From the NCBI GenBank assembly GCA_965232875.1, contig OZ247431.1:2744376-2808375 (forward strand): a stretch of 64,000 nucleotides of DNA, in the 5' to 3' direction. Below the pieces are notes generated by a model. That model did not search any database. It was not told the origin of the DNA and saw only the letters and a list, made by a program, of their open reading frames with translations. This DNA comes from Dehalococcoidia bacterium. Lineage in GTDB: Bacteria > Chloroflexota > Dehalococcoidia > Bin125. Below are positions 18,141 through 28,891 of this stretch, piece by piece. Numbering within the stretch: the first letter of the stretch is position 1; the number at the start of each line of letters is the position of its first letter. The translations under genes were made by a program, and so were the position numbers.

Positions 18141-18401
18141 TCAACATGGTGGAAGTTGCGGCAATAGATCGTCGCCGACGCTGGGATCGGAGCGAATGAT
18201 CTTGCCTCGTTCGGAGACTTCGGTCACGACCTCGACGCGTTGCCCATATGCGCCCGTCACAAAATAGGTGTGACGCCGACCCTCGATGTCGTCGATGATG
18301 TCGTGGATCCACACCGTCCAGCGAAACGGATCGTCGCCGCGATAGGCCAGCGCATTCCCGGCAGGATCACGGGACACACACTTGATTTCCCAGTCACCCA
18401 T
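18141..18401 (-). CDS. DUF3892-like small protein
   Basis: 86 aa. The pattern ...HDII..IEG...YFVTGAYGQRVEV...DDLLPQLPPC resembles DUF3892 family members. The family assignment is from memory. Confidence 0.45.
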   Translation of the reverse strand: MGDWEIKCVSRDPAGNALAYRGDDPFRWTVWIHDIIDDIEGRRHTYFVTGAYGQRVEVVTEVSERGKIIRSDPSVGDDLLPQLPPC

Positions 18402-18431
18402 TGCGCGACCTCAGATCGACCTCAGGCCGTC

Positions 18432-19580
18432 CTAGGCGTCCTCCCACTGGACGAACATCGGCATCAGCACATGTACGTAGTTGTCGCGGCCCACGACCCG
18501 GAAGACGCCGGGATTGCTGGGCCCGCTGGTCTCCATGGCAATCTCGGCCGCCGCCGGACCGCTGGCAATCTGCAGTACATCTTGCAGGTAGCGCACGTTG
18601 TAGGCGATTCTTGAGGTCTCGCCTTCGATCACCGCATCAACGCGGCCTCGGTGATTGCCTAGCTCCTCGGCACGGGCCGTCAGCGTGATGCTCTGGTCGG
18701 AGGCTTCGCCGCTGAAGATCAGCCGGATAATCCCGCTCGACTCGCGAGCAAAGACCGCCGCCGAGCGGACGCCGCCTTGCAGGACCGCACCTGGCAGAAT
18801 TGCCCGCGTCTGGTACTCGGCGGGAATCAGTTGGTCGTAGCTGGGGTAGTTGCCCTGGATCAACTGCGCCGTCATCTGCACTGATCGGATGTGGAATCGG
18901 ACGTAGGTGCGGTCGGCGTGGATGTACATCTCGACAGCGGAGTCGTCGTCGGTCAGCAAGCGCTCGAGCTCTGTCAGCGCCCGAGCCGGAACCGTGATCT
19001 CCAGCCGCTCGGTCAGCTCGGAGGCGACATTCATGTCGTACACCGCGAGGCGGAAGCCGTCGGCTGCCGCCAGCGTCATCTTGTCCGCCTCAAATCGGAA
19101 ATGGACACCGGTCAGCACCGGACGACCATCGTCGGTCGCGGCGGCAAACACTACGTGACGCAGGGCGTCGCGCAGATCGCGCGCAACAATCTTGATCCAA
19201 TCGCCGTCGCCGATGCCGGGGATGTTAGGATACGTCGTTGCCGACATGCCGTGAATCGACGACTCATTCGCATCCGAGGCGCGGATCTGTGCGACGAGCG
19301 AGTTCTCGGCAACGTCAATCGTGATCTCGGCGGAGGACAACGCCGAAACGAGGTCGTTGATGAACCGGTGCGGAATCGTGATCGAGCCGGGCTCCGAGAC
19401 CACGGCATCGATACCGCAGATCATCGCGATCTCAGTATCGGTTGCAGTCAGGCGCACGCCGTCGTCGTCGGCCTGCAAGTGAACGTGGCGAAGTTGATCG
19501 AGCGAATGACGAGCCGCCACTGCCCGCGAGACAACGCTGAGCCCATGCTGCAGCGCCGCCTGAGATGTTTGAATACGCAT
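18432..19580 (-). CDS. dnaN: DNA polymerase III beta subunit (sliding clamp)
   Basis: Three-domain clamp, about 380 aa. The start was moved to MRIQTSQAALQHGL (the ORF track starts 17 codons earlier). Typical clamp segments (LTATDTEIAM, LAAADGFRLAV, NVRYLQDVL) are present. Confidence 0.9.
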   Translation of the reverse strand: MRIQTSQAALQHGLSVVSRAVAARHSLDQLRHVHLQADDDGVRLTATDTEIAMICGIDAVVSEPGSITIPHRFINDLVSALSSAEITIDVAENSLVAQIRASDANESSIHGMSATTYPNIPGIGDGDWIKIVARDLRDALRHVVFAAATDDGRPVLTGVHFRFEADKMTLAAADGFRLAVYDMNVASELTERLEITVPARALTELERLLTDDDSAVEMYIHADRTYVRFHIRSVQMTAQLIQGNYPSYDQLIPAEYQTRAILPGAVLQGGVRSAAVFARESSGIIRLIFSGEASDQSITLTARAEELGNHRGRVDAVIEGETSRIAYNVRYLQDVLQIASGPAAAEIAMETSGPSNPGVFRVVGRDNYVHVLMPMFVQWEDA

Positions 19581-19848
19581 CGCGCCGCTCCGCTCCAATG
19601 TCGATCCTGCGATCCTGTGATCCGTGTTCAAGTATTGATCACTTAGGTTATCGATATATTTTCATTTTAGCTGATACATGCGCTACGTCAGCTTTCAGGG
19701 CCGTCCTCGGTTGATGCTCGGTGGACAGGCTGTGGAAATGCTGGCTGCAGCCACACTTCGCTCACCCGATTTGCGACAAACTCGCGAGAAACTTGCGAGA
19801 AACTCGTCGGCAGCCGGACTGGGAGTGCAACTGCGCTCCGATGTTGAC

Positions 19849-20661
19849 CTACGCCGGAGCCTGTTCCGGCAACGCCTCGAGGATTCCCGTCAGATCGGGA
19901 CCGCTCCATGTGGGATGCGAGCGCATCATCTTCTCGCGGTCGGGATCGGGATAGCGCGAGACCCAATAGACCGGCAAGCCGGCGTGATTGGCTCCGGTAA
20001 CGTCGGCCCAGGGGCTGTCGCCGACATAGAGCACTTCGCAGGGCTCAAGTTCCAGCCGCTCGCAGAGCTGCTCGAAGAACGGCTTGCGCGGCTTGTAGGA
20101 CTGCGCCTCTTCCGAGGACAACACCATTTCAACTTCAATGCCGGCTTGCTCGAGTGCATGTTCCAGGTGGTCATCGTCGGCATTGCTGCCAATCGCCACG
20201 CGGTAGCCGCGCTTGTTCAGCTCCGAGAAGACGCCATCCACTTCGGGATATGCCGGCGCCATCGAGAGCACATCCCAGAGATGCTGGAATGCCGTCGCCG
20301 GCGGGATCGTTTCGACCGAGTGATGCTTGAAGGCTTCGCCGAAGAAGTAAGGCCAGGTCTCGGAAAACGGACGGAATGTAGGCTCAGGACCCTCTAGCGG
20401 GCGCTCCGGATTGCGGCCTTCGCGCTTGGACATTTCTCTTGAGGCCTCGAGCCAGGCCGCCCAGACATCCTCACCGGTCGCGTGCTCGACGCCGTGCTCG
20501 TGCAGCATCTCCTGGATCAGCGAGGCGAACTCGCGCTCCTCGAGCTTGAGCAACGTCCCATAGCAGTCGAATGCGACGGCGCGGACCGTGCTCACCGCCT
20601 CATCGGGGCCGACCGACGGCGCAGCAGGTTCGGCAGGCGTTTCGGCGGTTGTTTCGCTCAT
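19849..20661 (-). CDS. HAD-superfamily hydrolase
   Basis: Motif I VAFDCYGTLL (DxYGT), a later K, and motif IV YVGDSPWADVTGA. Confidence 0.75.
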   Translation of the reverse strand: MSETTAETPAEPAAPSVGPDEAVSTVRAVAFDCYGTLLKLEEREFASLIQEMLHEHGVEHATGEDVWAAWLEASREMSKREGRNPERPLEGPEPTFRPFSETWPYFFGEAFKHHSVETIPPATAFQHLWDVLSMAPAYPEVDGVFSELNKRGYRVAIGSNADDDHLEHALEQAGIEVEMVLSSEEAQSYKPRKPFFEQLCERLELEPCEVLYVGDSPWADVTGANHAGLPVYWVSRYPDPDREKMMRSHPTWSGPDLTGILEALPEQAPA

Positions 20662-20717
20662 GACGAGTCCTCAGAGTGTGCTGTGTGTAGGGGGTCGAAG
20701 TGTCGGTGAATGATGGC

Positions 20718-21746
20718 TCAACCCGCATGACGCGCGAGCCAGCGGGCGGCATCCTTGGCGTGATAGGTCAGAATCAGGTCTGCGCCGGCCCGGCGGATGC
20801 CGGTCAGGGTTTCCAGCACGACCCGCTCTTCGTCGATCCAGCCATTCTCTGCTGCCGCCTTCAACATCGCGTACTCACCGCTGACGTTGTAGGCCGCCAA
20901 CGGCGCGTCGAAGCGTTGCCGCGCCTCTCGTACCAGGTCGAGATAGGCAAGCGCCGGCTTGACCATGATCATGTCCGCGCCTTCGGCCAGGTCGCGCTCG
21001 ATCGCGCGCATCGCCTCGCGTCCGTTCGGCGGATCCATCTGATACGCGCGACGGTCGCCAAACTGCGGCGCCGAGTCGGCGGCGTCGCGGAAGGGACCGT
21101 AAAACCCCGAGGCGAACTTGGCGGAGTAGGCCAGCAGCGTGCGATCGTCGAATCCGCTCTCATCGAGCGACTGGCGAATGACGCCGATTCGGCCGTCCAT
21201 CATGTCGGAGGGAGCGATCACGTCTGCGCCGGCCTCGGCCTGACTCAAGGCCGTTGTGGCCAGCACCTCGACCGACGCATCGTTGAGCACCGAGCCGTCA
21301 TCGGCCAGGACGCCGCAGTGCCCGTGGTCGGTGTACTCGCAGAGGCAGACATCGGTCACGACGACCAACTCCGGTTGTGCGTCCTTCAGCGCGCGGGTCG
21401 CCTGCTGAACGATCCCGTCGGTAATCCACGCCCCACTGCCCTCTGCGTCCTTCGTTTCGGGGATGCCGAACAGGAGAATGGCGGGAACATCGAGGGAGCG
21501 CAGCTCGGCGGCTTCCTGCGCGAGCTGATCGACCGACAGGCGGGATTGTCCGGGCATCGAGGAAATCGGCTCGCGCACGCCCTGTCCGGTGGTGACGAAC
21601 ACGGGGTAGATGAAATCGGTCGGAGCGAGCCGCGTTTCGCGCACCATTCGTCGCAAACCATCCGAGCGCCGCAAACGGCGCATCCGATGAGCCGTCGAGA
21701 TGCGACTCGTGTCGGCGGAGATTGAGGGGGGTTGAGCGCTGATCAC
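20718..21746 (-). CDS. hemB: porphobilinogen synthase (delta-aminolevulinate dehydratase)
   Basis: Metal-binding Cys triad region [14 protein letters not shown]; ALAD family length (342 aa). Confidence 0.9.
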   Translation of the reverse strand: MISAQPPSISADTSRISTAHRMRRLRRSDGLRRMVRETRLAPTDFIYPVFVTTGQGVREPISSMPGQSRLSVDQLAQEAAELRSLDVPAILLFGIPETKDAEGSGAWITDGIVQQATRALKDAQPELVVVTDVCLCEYTDHGHCGVLADDGSVLNDASVEVLATTALSQAEAGADVIAPSDMMDGRIGVIRQSLDESGFDDRTLLAYSAKFASGFYGPFRDAADSAPQFGDRRAYQMDPPNGREAMRAIERDLAEGADMIMVKPALAYLDLVREARQRFDAPLAAYNVSGEYAMLKAAAENGWIDEERVVLETLTGIRRAGADLILTYHAKDAARWLARHAG

Positions 21747-23287
21747 GCGGACTCCAGTCGGGAATCACCTAGTGGTGGCAGGCTCGCCAGATATCGTCCG
21801 ACAGCCTGCGCCAATCCTTCAATCGTGTGCGTGTCGGCAGTCGCGACGACGCGAAATCCGAGCTGCCGCGCGGCGTCTGCCGTGACCGGGCCGATGCACA
21901 CCGTTTGCAACGAGTCTAAATCGACCGCCGCGCCGACTATGTCGGCCAGGCCGCGAGCGGTCGATGGCGATGTCAACGTCACCACATCCACCCCGCGTTT
22001 CAGTTCCGACAGCGCCATCTCGTCAACCGGCGGCGTGACAACGTCGTACAGGGCGAGATCCTCGACGGTTGCGCCGTGTTCCTGCAATCGTTCTCTCAAT
22101 AGTGGGCTGCCTTGCGCCGCGCGTGCCAGCAACACGCGCTGCCCACCGAGGCCATCCGCGATCAACGCATCGGCTAGAGCATCAGACGTGAACACCTGAG
22201 GCACAAGATCCGCGCTGATGCCATGCAGCTCAAGCGCGCGAGCGGTCTCGCTGCCGATTGCGGCAACTCGCACATCCCCTAGCGCTCGAGCGTCGAGGCC
22301 ATGGTGTCGCAGCGCCTCCCAGAGCTGATGCACGCCGTTGACGCTGGTTAGAGCGAGGATGTCGTATGCGCCCGACTGGAGTCGCATGATTGCCCGGTCG
22401 ATTGGCTCTGGATCGGCCGACTGGACCACGATCGTGGGCAGCTCAATCACTTCGGCGTGCAGGGCTCGAAGCCGTTCGACGAGCGGTTTCGCCTGAGCCG
22501 CTGCACGAGTGACCAAGACGCGGCGGCCCATGATCGTCCAGGACAGTTCAGGCGTGGCCAGCAATGTGGTGTGTCCAATGACGACCGTCACCGGGGGACG
22601 CATGGCTTCGGCGCGAACTCGCAGGAGGTTCAGCGGCGCGAAGACAGCGCGTTGCTCGGGCGTCCAGGCCTGTTGAATGGCAGCCGCCGGTGTCTCGGGC
22701 GACAGCCCGCCTGCGATCAGACGCTCGACGATCTCATCCAGGCGCCGCCAACCCATCATCACTACGATTGTCCCGCCGACAGTTGCGACGGCATTCCAGT
22801 CGATCTCCGCTGCGTCGCCATCGCCTTCGGAACCGGTGACCACGGTGACGGCCGAGGCTGCGCGCCGGTCGGTCACTGCAATACCAACAGCGGCGGCCGC
22901 AGCGGACGCGCTCGACACGCCCGGGACGAGCTGAATGGGAATTCCAGCCGCGACCAAGGCCGACGCCTCTTCGCCGCCGCGTCCGAAGACCAACGGATCA
23001 CCACCCTTGAGACGAACGACTCGTCGTCCCGATCGCGCCAGGTCGATCAGACGCGCATTGATATCCGCCTGGGAGGTCGACGGGCCGCCGGGCGTCTTGC
23101 CGACCGCGATCAGCTCCGCATCCTTGGCCAGCGACAGCAAGGCCGGAGACACCAACCGATCATGGAGCACAACGTCGGCTGTTTGCAGTGCTTCGACGCC
23201 GGCGACCGTGATCAGTCTTGGATCGCCTGGTCCTGCCCCCACGAGCAGCACCGGAAGAATCTTGGGCGAGGACTGTGTCACGACCAT
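21743..23287 (-). CDS. cobA/hemD: bifunctional uroporphyrinogen-III C-methyltransferase / uroporphyrinogen-III synthase (CobA-HemD fusion)
   Basis: N-terminal SUMT domain (VGAGPGDP...[13 protein letters not shown]) followed by a HemD-like domain. The start was set at MVVTQSS (internal ATG); the ORF track extends to 23581. Confidence 0.85.
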   Translation of the reverse strand: MVVTQSSPKILPVLLVGAGPGDPRLITVAGVEALQTADVVLHDRLVSPALLSLAKDAELIAVGKTPGGPSTSQADINARLIDLARSGRRVVRLKGGDPLVFGRGGEEASALVAAGIPIQLVPGVSSASAAAAAVGIAVTDRRAASAVTVVTGSEGDGDAAEIDWNAVATVGGTIVVMMGWRRLDEIVERLIAGGLSPETPAAAIQQAWTPEQRAVFAPLNLLRVRAEAMRPPVTVVIGHTTLLATPELSWTIMGRRVLVTRAAAQAKPLVERLRALHAEVIELPTIVVQSADPEPIDRAIMRLQSGAYDILALTSVNGVHQLWEALRHHGLDARALGDVRVAAIGSETARALELHGISADLVPQVFTSDALADALIADGLGGQRVLLARAAQGSPLLRERLQEHGATVEDLALYDVVTPPVDEMALSELKRGVDVVTLTSPSTARGLADIVGAAVDLDSLQTVCIGPVTADAARQLGFRVVATADTHTIEGLAQAVGRYLASLPPLGDSRLESA

Positions 23288-24183
23288 CGATCCGCTTCCA
23301 TCAGCCGCGCCCCGCCGCGTTCGAGCAGTGTCTCGGCTACCTCGGCACCAACCTCTTCGGGATCTTCGCTCGTTCGCTGCAGTTCGATCCGTTCGCTTCC
23401 ATCTGCGCTCATCAGCCGGCCCGCCAGGATGATCTCGCCGAAACGCACCCCGCCAAGCGCGGCCAGCGGCAGCGAACAGCCTGCACCGAGCGCGCGCAGC
23501 ATGGCCCGCTCGGCGCTCACGGCCTGAGCTGTGGACGGGTGATTGATCAGGCCAAGCAAATCGGCATCCTCGACCCGACACTGGATGACCAGCGCTCCCT
23601 GCCCCGGCGACGGCATCATCAGGTCAATCGGAATCAGTTGCGACGGAGCGCGCCCCAGCCGCTGTAGGCCGACTGCAGCCACGATGACGGCGTCGTACTC
23701 GCCTCGCCCCATCTGTTCTAGGCGAGTGTCGACATTGCCGCGTATGTCGGCGAGCTCCAGGTCGGGACGCAGATGTAGGGCCTGCGCCGCCCGACGCCGC
23801 GAACCGGTGCCGACTCGCGCTCGCTGCGGCAGCTCCAACAGCCCAGCCCCTGACCTGCTGACCAGTGCGTCTCGGACATCGCCGCGCGGAAGATACGCAG
23901 CCAGAACTGTTCCGTCGGCGATTTCCGGTGGCACGTCCTTGGCTGAGTGCACGGCCAGATCAATCTCCCCAGTCAGAAGAGCCGATTCGACCGCTCTGAC
24001 GAATACGCCCTGGCCGCCGATGGTGCGCAGGCTGGATTGCTGGTCGCGGTCGCCTTGCGTCGTGATCGGAACGAACTCCGTCTCGATGCCAATCGTCGAC
24101 AGAGCATCGGAAGCCAGTTGCGCCTGCACTCTCGACAGTGCACTGCCACGCCCACCGAGTTTCATCGAGCGGGACACGGTCAT
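23278..24183 (-). CDS. hemC: hydroxymethylbilane synthase (porphobilinogen deaminase)
   Basis: KLGGRGSALSRVQA...HSAKDVP, the characteristic HemC N-terminus; 301 aa. Confidence 0.9.
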   Translation of the reverse strand: MTVSRSMKLGGRGSALSRVQAQLASDALSTIGIETEFVPITTQGDRDQQSSLRTIGGQGVFVRAVESALLTGEIDLAVHSAKDVPPEIADGTVLAAYLPRGDVRDALVSRSGAGLLELPQRARVGTGSRRRAAQALHLRPDLELADIRGNVDTRLEQMGRGEYDAVIVAAVGLQRLGRAPSQLIPIDLMMPSPGQGALVIQCRVEDADLLGLINHPSTAQAVSAERAMLRALGAGCSLPLAALGGVRFGEIILAGRLMSADGSERIELQRTSEDPEEVGAEVAETLLERGGARLMEADRWS

Positions 24184-24836
24184 GCCCCTGTAGCCCTGAT
24201 TGGCTGACCCAACCTGGACATCAGCAGCGCCTTGGCCTGACCTCGGCGTCGTTGGGCCAGGAGAATCCGCACCTGTCCGTCCATCGCCGCCTGCCAGGCA
24301 TCCGCCGGAATCGGCTGGAACACGTTCAGCCGGCGCAGATCGGCGCGAACCTCAGCAACCAGCTCCGCCAGCGTGGACGTGTCGGCATCGAGGTAGTCGG
24401 TCAACTCCTCACGCACCCTTCGGGCAACCGCCGGGCTGCCGCCGCCGGTGGAGATCGCGAGGGTGAGGGGCGGCTGGCGCACGACCGCAGGAAGGATGAA
24501 ATCGCAATGAGCCGGATCATCGGCGGCATTGAGCAAGACGCTGGCCGAGCGCGCGTCCGACCGAAGACGCGCATTGTCTGCAGGATCGTCGTTCGCTGCC
24601 ATCACGACTGCGCGTCCGAACATATCGCCCGACTCATACGCACGCGCCAGATGCTCAATCCGGCCGCAATCGCGCAATGATGCCAGTTCCTCGTTCAGCG
24701 TCGGCGCGACGACGGTGATTCGAGCCTCAGCGGCGAGCAAGCCGGTGACCTTCTCGAGCGCCAGGCGCCCTCCACCGATCACCAGTACGGGCCGATCGCT
24801 GAGGTCGAGAAAGACCGGGTAGTACGGGCGCGTCAC
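24180..24836 (-). CDS. precorrin-2 dehydrogenase / sirohydrochlorin ferrochelatase (SirC/CysG N-terminal type)
   Basis: Rossmann motif VLVIGGGRLALEKV. 218 aa. 4-bp overlap with hemC. Confidence 0.7.
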   Translation of the reverse strand: MTRPYYPVFLDLSDRPVLVIGGGRLALEKVTGLLAAEARITVVAPTLNEELASLRDCGRIEHLARAYESGDMFGRAVVMAANDDPADNARLRSDARSASVLLNAADDPAHCDFILPAVVRQPPLTLAISTGGGSPAVARRVREELTDYLDADTSTLAELVAEVRADLRRLNVFQPIPADAWQAAMDGQVRILLAQRRRGQAKALLMSRLGQPIRATGA

Positions 24837-24855
24837 GTCGACTCTGGGGCCTCAA

Positions 24856-25800
24856 CTATCCATGATCGAGGGACGCGATGCCGATGCCAAACTCGCCCTG
24901 CACGGTGTACAGCAAGTAGGCGTCGCCACCGTCCTCAAAGATCGCTGGGTCTCTCAGCTCATGCACCGGAACGGGCGAGTACCCCCGGACGCTGGGCGCG
25001 ATTGGCAAGGACGTGCCCTCCCACTCGTAGGACGGACGCAACACCTCGCGGTGCTCACCGGCGGTCCATGATCGCCAGTCTCCGCTCAGCTCAATCGGTG
25101 AAACATAGATGCGTTCGGGGGCGTCGCCGACGTTGGTCCAGAACACCCACAGCGTGTCGCCACGACGAAGCAGCGCACAGTGACGCATCGTGTCGGGGAA
25201 GAGCTGCGGCCCTTGCTCAAATCCGCATAGACCGTCCTCGGACCGATAGATGATGCCCGGCATCGACATGCCGTACCAGCCGGGCTGCTCGACATCGTCC
25301 AGTTGGATCACGCGCAAATAGCTGGTCGAGAGGATCTCCTCGTCCGGCTCGAACCTAACGCCGTCGTTGGACGTGGCCACCCTCGAGACCTGACGACCGT
25401 CATAGAGCTGGCCATGAAAGTAGAGCCGAATCTGTTGCGCTTCATCGTCGACAATCGCGTCCGGGGAAGCGATATGTGGATAGACGCGCCCCTGTTTCTG
25501 CGCCGGACCCAGTTTGGGATCAAACTCACCATCGGACTTGGAAAAGACCGTCTGCGATAACTGGAGCGCGCCCGGCTCGTGCATGCGCCAGGGTCCGAGC
25601 AGGTCGTCGGCAGCCGCCAGCCGGATGTAGGAGCCCTTGTGGTCGGCGAAGTAGAGATAGAACTCGCCCAACCGGTTGGGCAACCACTCGGGCGCGCGGA
25701 TCAACGATGGACCGTTGATGTTGTCTCCCATTCGCTCATCCATGTGGGGCCGGATGATCGGACCCTCAGTCGACAGCCGGACAGCTCGCATCTCAAACAC
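24856..25800 (-). CDS. hypothetical protein, possibly a beta-propeller glycosidase-like fold
   Basis: 314 aa with no signal peptide. Repeated W/Y-rich blade-like segments. No catalytic motif was assigned with confidence. Confidence 0.4.
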   Translation of the reverse strand: MFEMRAVRLSTEGPIIRPHMDERMGDNINGPSLIRAPEWLPNRLGEFYLYFADHKGSYIRLAAADDLLGPWRMHEPGALQLSQTVFSKSDGEFDPKLGPAQKQGRVYPHIASPDAIVDDEAQQIRLYFHGQLYDGRQVSRVATSNDGVRFEPDEEILSTSYLRVIQLDDVEQPGWYGMSMPGIIYRSEDGLCGFEQGPQLFPDTMRHCALLRRGDTLWVFWTNVGDAPERIYVSPIELSGDWRSWTAGEHREVLRPSYEWEGTSLPIAPSVRGYSPVPVHELRDPAIFEDGGDAYLLYTVQGEFGIGIASLDHG

Positions 25801-25823
25801 TCCGTAAACCTTGGGGCGTCGTC

Positions 25824-26486
25824 ATGCAGCGCCCACGCTTGCTCATGGTAGAGGCGGATAAGCTCGATCTTATGAGGCTGCAATACGGGGCGCTGCGGGA
25901 GATCATCGAGACCGCCATCCTGGGCCTGATCGTCTTCCTGCTGGCTCGTGAAGCCGTGCAGAACTTTCAGGTCGAGGGCCGCTCGATGCAACCGACCCTG
26001 GCCAGTTCCGAGCTAGTGTTGGTCAACAAGATCGGCTACTGGGAAGTCGATTTGGGACCGTTCGACGCCCTGCTGCCCGGCCGCAGCAACGGCGACTTCC
26101 TGCTTTCGGGGCCGCACCGGGGTTCGGTGATCATCTTCCGTCCGCCGTATCAGAGCGCGCACGATTTCGTCAAGCGAGTGATCGGTCTGCCCGGCGACAC
26201 GGTGGAGGTGATTCGCGGGCGCGTCTTCATCAACGGCGTGGAACTAAACGAACACAACTACATCTTCGAGCCGCCCAGTTATCAGTGGGGACCGGCAGTG
26301 ATCCCGCCTGAGCACTATTTCGTCCTTGGCGACAACCGCAACAGCAGCCAGGACTCGCACGCCTTCGGGCCGATCCATGAAGATCAGATCGTCGGCGAGG
26401 TCATGCTCCGCTGGTTCCCATTCGACAAGATCTCCAGCAACATTTCGCTCCAGACCACCGACTACGAGGGGAACATCCTGCCATGA
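25824..26486 (+). CDS. lepB: signal peptidase I
   Basis: N-terminal TM helix, catalytic GRSMQPTL (Ser), KRVIGLPGD (Lys box) and GDNRNSSQDS (box E). Confidence 0.85.
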   Translation: MQRPRLLMVEADKLDLMRLQYGALREIIETAILGLIVFLLAREAVQNFQVEGRSMQPTLASSELVLVNKIGYWEVDLGPFDALLPGRSNGDFLLSGPHRGSVIIFRPPYQSAHDFVKRVIGLPGDTVEVIRGRVFINGVELNEHNYIFEPPSYQWGPAVIPPEHYFVLGDNRNSSQDSHAFGPIHEDQIVGEVMLRWFPFDKISSNISLQTTDYEGNILP

Positions 26487-27067
26487 GCGACCATCCTTCA
26501 GATCCTTCCGGGGCGCTGACGTTGTTGGAAGAGGCGGGAGCGGTGTTGAAGGGTCACTTCCAGTATGCATCGGGACGCCACGGCGACACCTACATCGAAA
26601 AGTTCCGCCTACTGGAGAAGCCGCGCGTGACCGAAGCGCTCTGCTCGCAGTTGGCTGACCATTTCCGGGAGTTGCAACCGGACCTCGTTGTGGGTCCGAC
26701 GACCGGGGGCATTCTGCTCGCGCACGAGACGGCCAAGCACCTCGGCGAGGGCATCAATGCATACTTCGCCGAACGTCGCGAGGACGGCGGGCGCTACATC
26801 GGTCGAGGATTCGCCGTCGAGCCGGGCCAGTCCGTACTGGTCGTCGACGACGTGCTGACCACCGGTGGTTCGGTCAGGGACACGCTGGACGCCGTCGTTG
26901 AATCAGGTGGTACGCCGATCGGGGTCGGGCTGGTCGTTGATCGCACGAACGGCGCAACCGGCTTCGGAGAACTTGAGACCTTCGCCTGTCTCGAAATCGA
27001 CGTGGCCAGCTACAGCCCCGACGACTGCGCACTCTGCGTCGAGGGCGTCGAATTGACTGTGACGTAA
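26483..27067 (+). CDS. pyrE: orotate phosphoribosyltransferase
   Basis: PRPP-binding motif VLVVDDVLTTGGS; 194 aa; OPRTase family N-terminus. 4-bp overlap with lepB. Confidence 0.9.
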   Translation: MSDHPSDPSGALTLLEEAGAVLKGHFQYASGRHGDTYIEKFRLLEKPRVTEALCSQLADHFRELQPDLVVGPTTGGILLAHETAKHLGEGINAYFAERREDGGRYIGRGFAVEPGQSVLVVDDVLTTGGSVRDTLDAVVESGGTPIGVGLVVDRTNGATGFGELETFACLEIDVASYSPDDCALCVEGVELTVT

Positions 27068-27222
27068 GGGAAACTCACCTAACGATACTCACGTTACGCC
27101 CCCGCACCATCGCGGAGCCTGCCCCAGCTTGAACGGGGGTACTCGTAGCGCTCTACATGAAGGCCTCGGGCCGGATGCATCCCAGTCCCCGCGTGAAGGA
27201 GGCCTTTGCAAGACTTCCAAAT

Positions 27223-27378
27223 CCCCTCTCCCCCCCTTGCGGGGGGAGATGTCACGGAGTGACAGAGGGGGCGGCGGCGAATGATGAGCAGATAGGGCTC
27301 CCGAACAGCAGACCCCCCTGCCCCCGGGTCAAGCCCGGGGCAGGCTTTCGGCATCTCCACCGCAAGGGGGGAGAAAGG
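27223..27378. repeat. cluster of palindromic REP-like elements (R1 core GGCATCTCCCCC..GCAAGGGGGGAGA twice, plus CCTGCCCCCGGG-tcaag-CCCGGGGCAGG)
   Basis: Read directly in the pyrE 3' intergenic region. The same core occurs at 9776, 30030 and 31740. Confidence 0.75.
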
Positions 27379-27453
27379 GAGTTCTTCAATGCTTTCCATG
27401 AAGCGGGGACTGGAACTTGCGAAATCTGGGGCACACTCGCCCGATACCTGAGA

Positions 27454-28155
27454 CTAGCCCAGCCCGTGGACGAAGATACCCGAGCCGACACCGGTCAGAT
27501 CGGCCAACAGCGACATCAGCAGCGCGTAGACACCAAACCCGATGCCTACGCTGATCACGGCGGCTCGCTCGTCGGCCTGAGCTGTGGCCGCCCGAACAGC
27601 AATGACCGCGAGCAGCACGCCCGCGATGGTCACCAACAACCCCACTGCGAAACTGGCTGGCCCGGCCAGCATGAAGAACTGCCAGACAGCGAATCCGCTG
27701 GCGATGGCCATTGAACGCATCAAGGCCTTGATTGGCACCGACACCTCAAAAATCGCACGCAAGGTGTGCCAGGTCAGGCCAACCATCAGCGCCCAGCCCA
27801 GGATCGACGCGACTGATCCCAGAAGCAGGACCTTCAGGGCCAGCTCACCGAGTAAGGCGCCGCGTGAATCGATCACCAGCCAGAGCCACGCGCCCAGGCT
27901 GGCCAGCAACACGCCGAGCACCATCACCGCTAACGAGGGCAGCATGTCGCTCTCGTTCTCACTGGCCTCGCGCATCACGCCCAGCTCGCCTGCAAGCAGT
28001 CGTCGATGCAGGCTCAATGATCGCCGCCAGTCGAATGGCGCATCGAGCTTCGGTAGATAGTCGGAGATCGATACCCGCTCCCCGCGCCCGAAGGTGCGAG
28101 AGAAGATTGCCGCCGGCTGCGGTCTCGTTTGAGTCATAGCTCTACCTCTGGACAT
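27454..28155 (-). CDS. integral membrane protein (Yip1-like topology?)
   Basis: 233 aa. Hydrophilic N-terminus followed by about 5 hydrophobic helices. Family uncertain. Confidence 0.5.
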   Translation of the reverse strand: MSRGRAMTQTRPQPAAIFSRTFGRGERVSISDYLPKLDAPFDWRRSLSLHRRLLAGELGVMREASENESDMLPSLAVMVLGVLLASLGAWLWLVIDSRGALLGELALKVLLLGSVASILGWALMVGLTWHTLRAIFEVSVPIKALMRSMAIASGFAVWQFFMLAGPASFAVGLLVTIAGVLLAVIAVRAATAQADERAAVISVGIGFGVYALLMSLLADLTGVGSGIFVHGLG

Positions 28156-28183
28156 CGCTTCGCCATGGCTTCACTATGGGCCA

Positions 28184-28891
28184 ATGGCCCAATTCGACAA
28201 TCGGCAAGTCAGTAAATTAGACATCGGGGAGCTTAACGATCTCGCCCAGGTCGTCTCAGAGTGCCGCCTGTGCAAACGACTCGTCGAATGGCGCGAACAG
28301 GCGGCGACCGAAAAGCGCGCATCGTTCCGCGACGACTACTACTGGGGCCGCGCCGTTCCATCGTTTGGTCCAGCGGACGCGAGCATCCTGGTCGTCGGCC
28401 TGGCGCCGGCCGCACACGGAGCCAACCGCACCGGTCGGATGTTCACCGGAGACCGCTCCGGAGACTGGCTCTATCGAGCGGTCTGGCAGGCCGGGCTGGC
28501 GAATCAACCCGAGTCGACGGCGGCGGACGACGGCTTGGAACTGATCAAGACGAGAATCACATCAATTGTCCGCTGCGCCCCGCCGGCAAACAAACCCACC
28601 GTGCAGGAGCGCGACCAGTGTCTGCCCTACTTCAGGCGAGAAATTGAATTACTGGCCCAGGTTCGGGTGATCGTCTGTCTCGGTTCGTTCGCCTGGGAAA
28701 ACTGCGCCCGTGTACTCGGCGTCCGGCCGCGACCCAAGTTCGCCCACGGCCTGGAGCACGAAGTGGGCGGTGTCACGCTGCTCTGCTCATACCATCCAAG
28801 CCAGCGAAACACCTTCACCGGTCTCCTGACCGAGGAGATGTTGGGCGAGGTCTTCCTGCGGGCTGAAGAGCTGGCGAGAACGAGCGGCTAG
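28184..28891 (+). CDS. uracil-DNA glycosylase superfamily protein (family 4/5-like, Fe-S type)
   Basis: CRLCKRL Cys cluster, GLAPAAHGANRTGRMFTGD (GLAPA motif of UdgB-like enzymes), C-terminal HPS motif (SYHPSQRN). The stop codon lies inside the left IR of the adjacent IS. Confidence 0.8.
   Translation: MAQFDNRQVSKLDIGELNDLAQVVSECRLCKRLVEWREQAATEKRASFRDDYYWGRAVPSFGPADASILVVGLAPAAHGANRTGRMFTGDRSGDWLYRAVWQAGLANQPESTAADDGLELIKTRITSIVRCAPPANKPTVQERDQCLPYFRREIELLAQVRVIVCLGSFAWENCARVLGVRPRPKFAHGLEHEVGGVTLLCSYHPSQRNTFTGLLTEEMLGEVFLRAEELARTSG

Noticed and set aside
19678-20397. 239-aa plus-strand ORF
   Set aside because: Antisense to the HAD hydrolase gene, which has clear DxYGT and GDS motifs.
20700-21725. 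341-aa plus-strand ORF
   Set aside because: Antisense to hemB.
22457-23667. 356-, 165- and 149-aa plus-strand ORFs
   Set aside because: Antisense to or out of frame within cobA/hemD and hemC.
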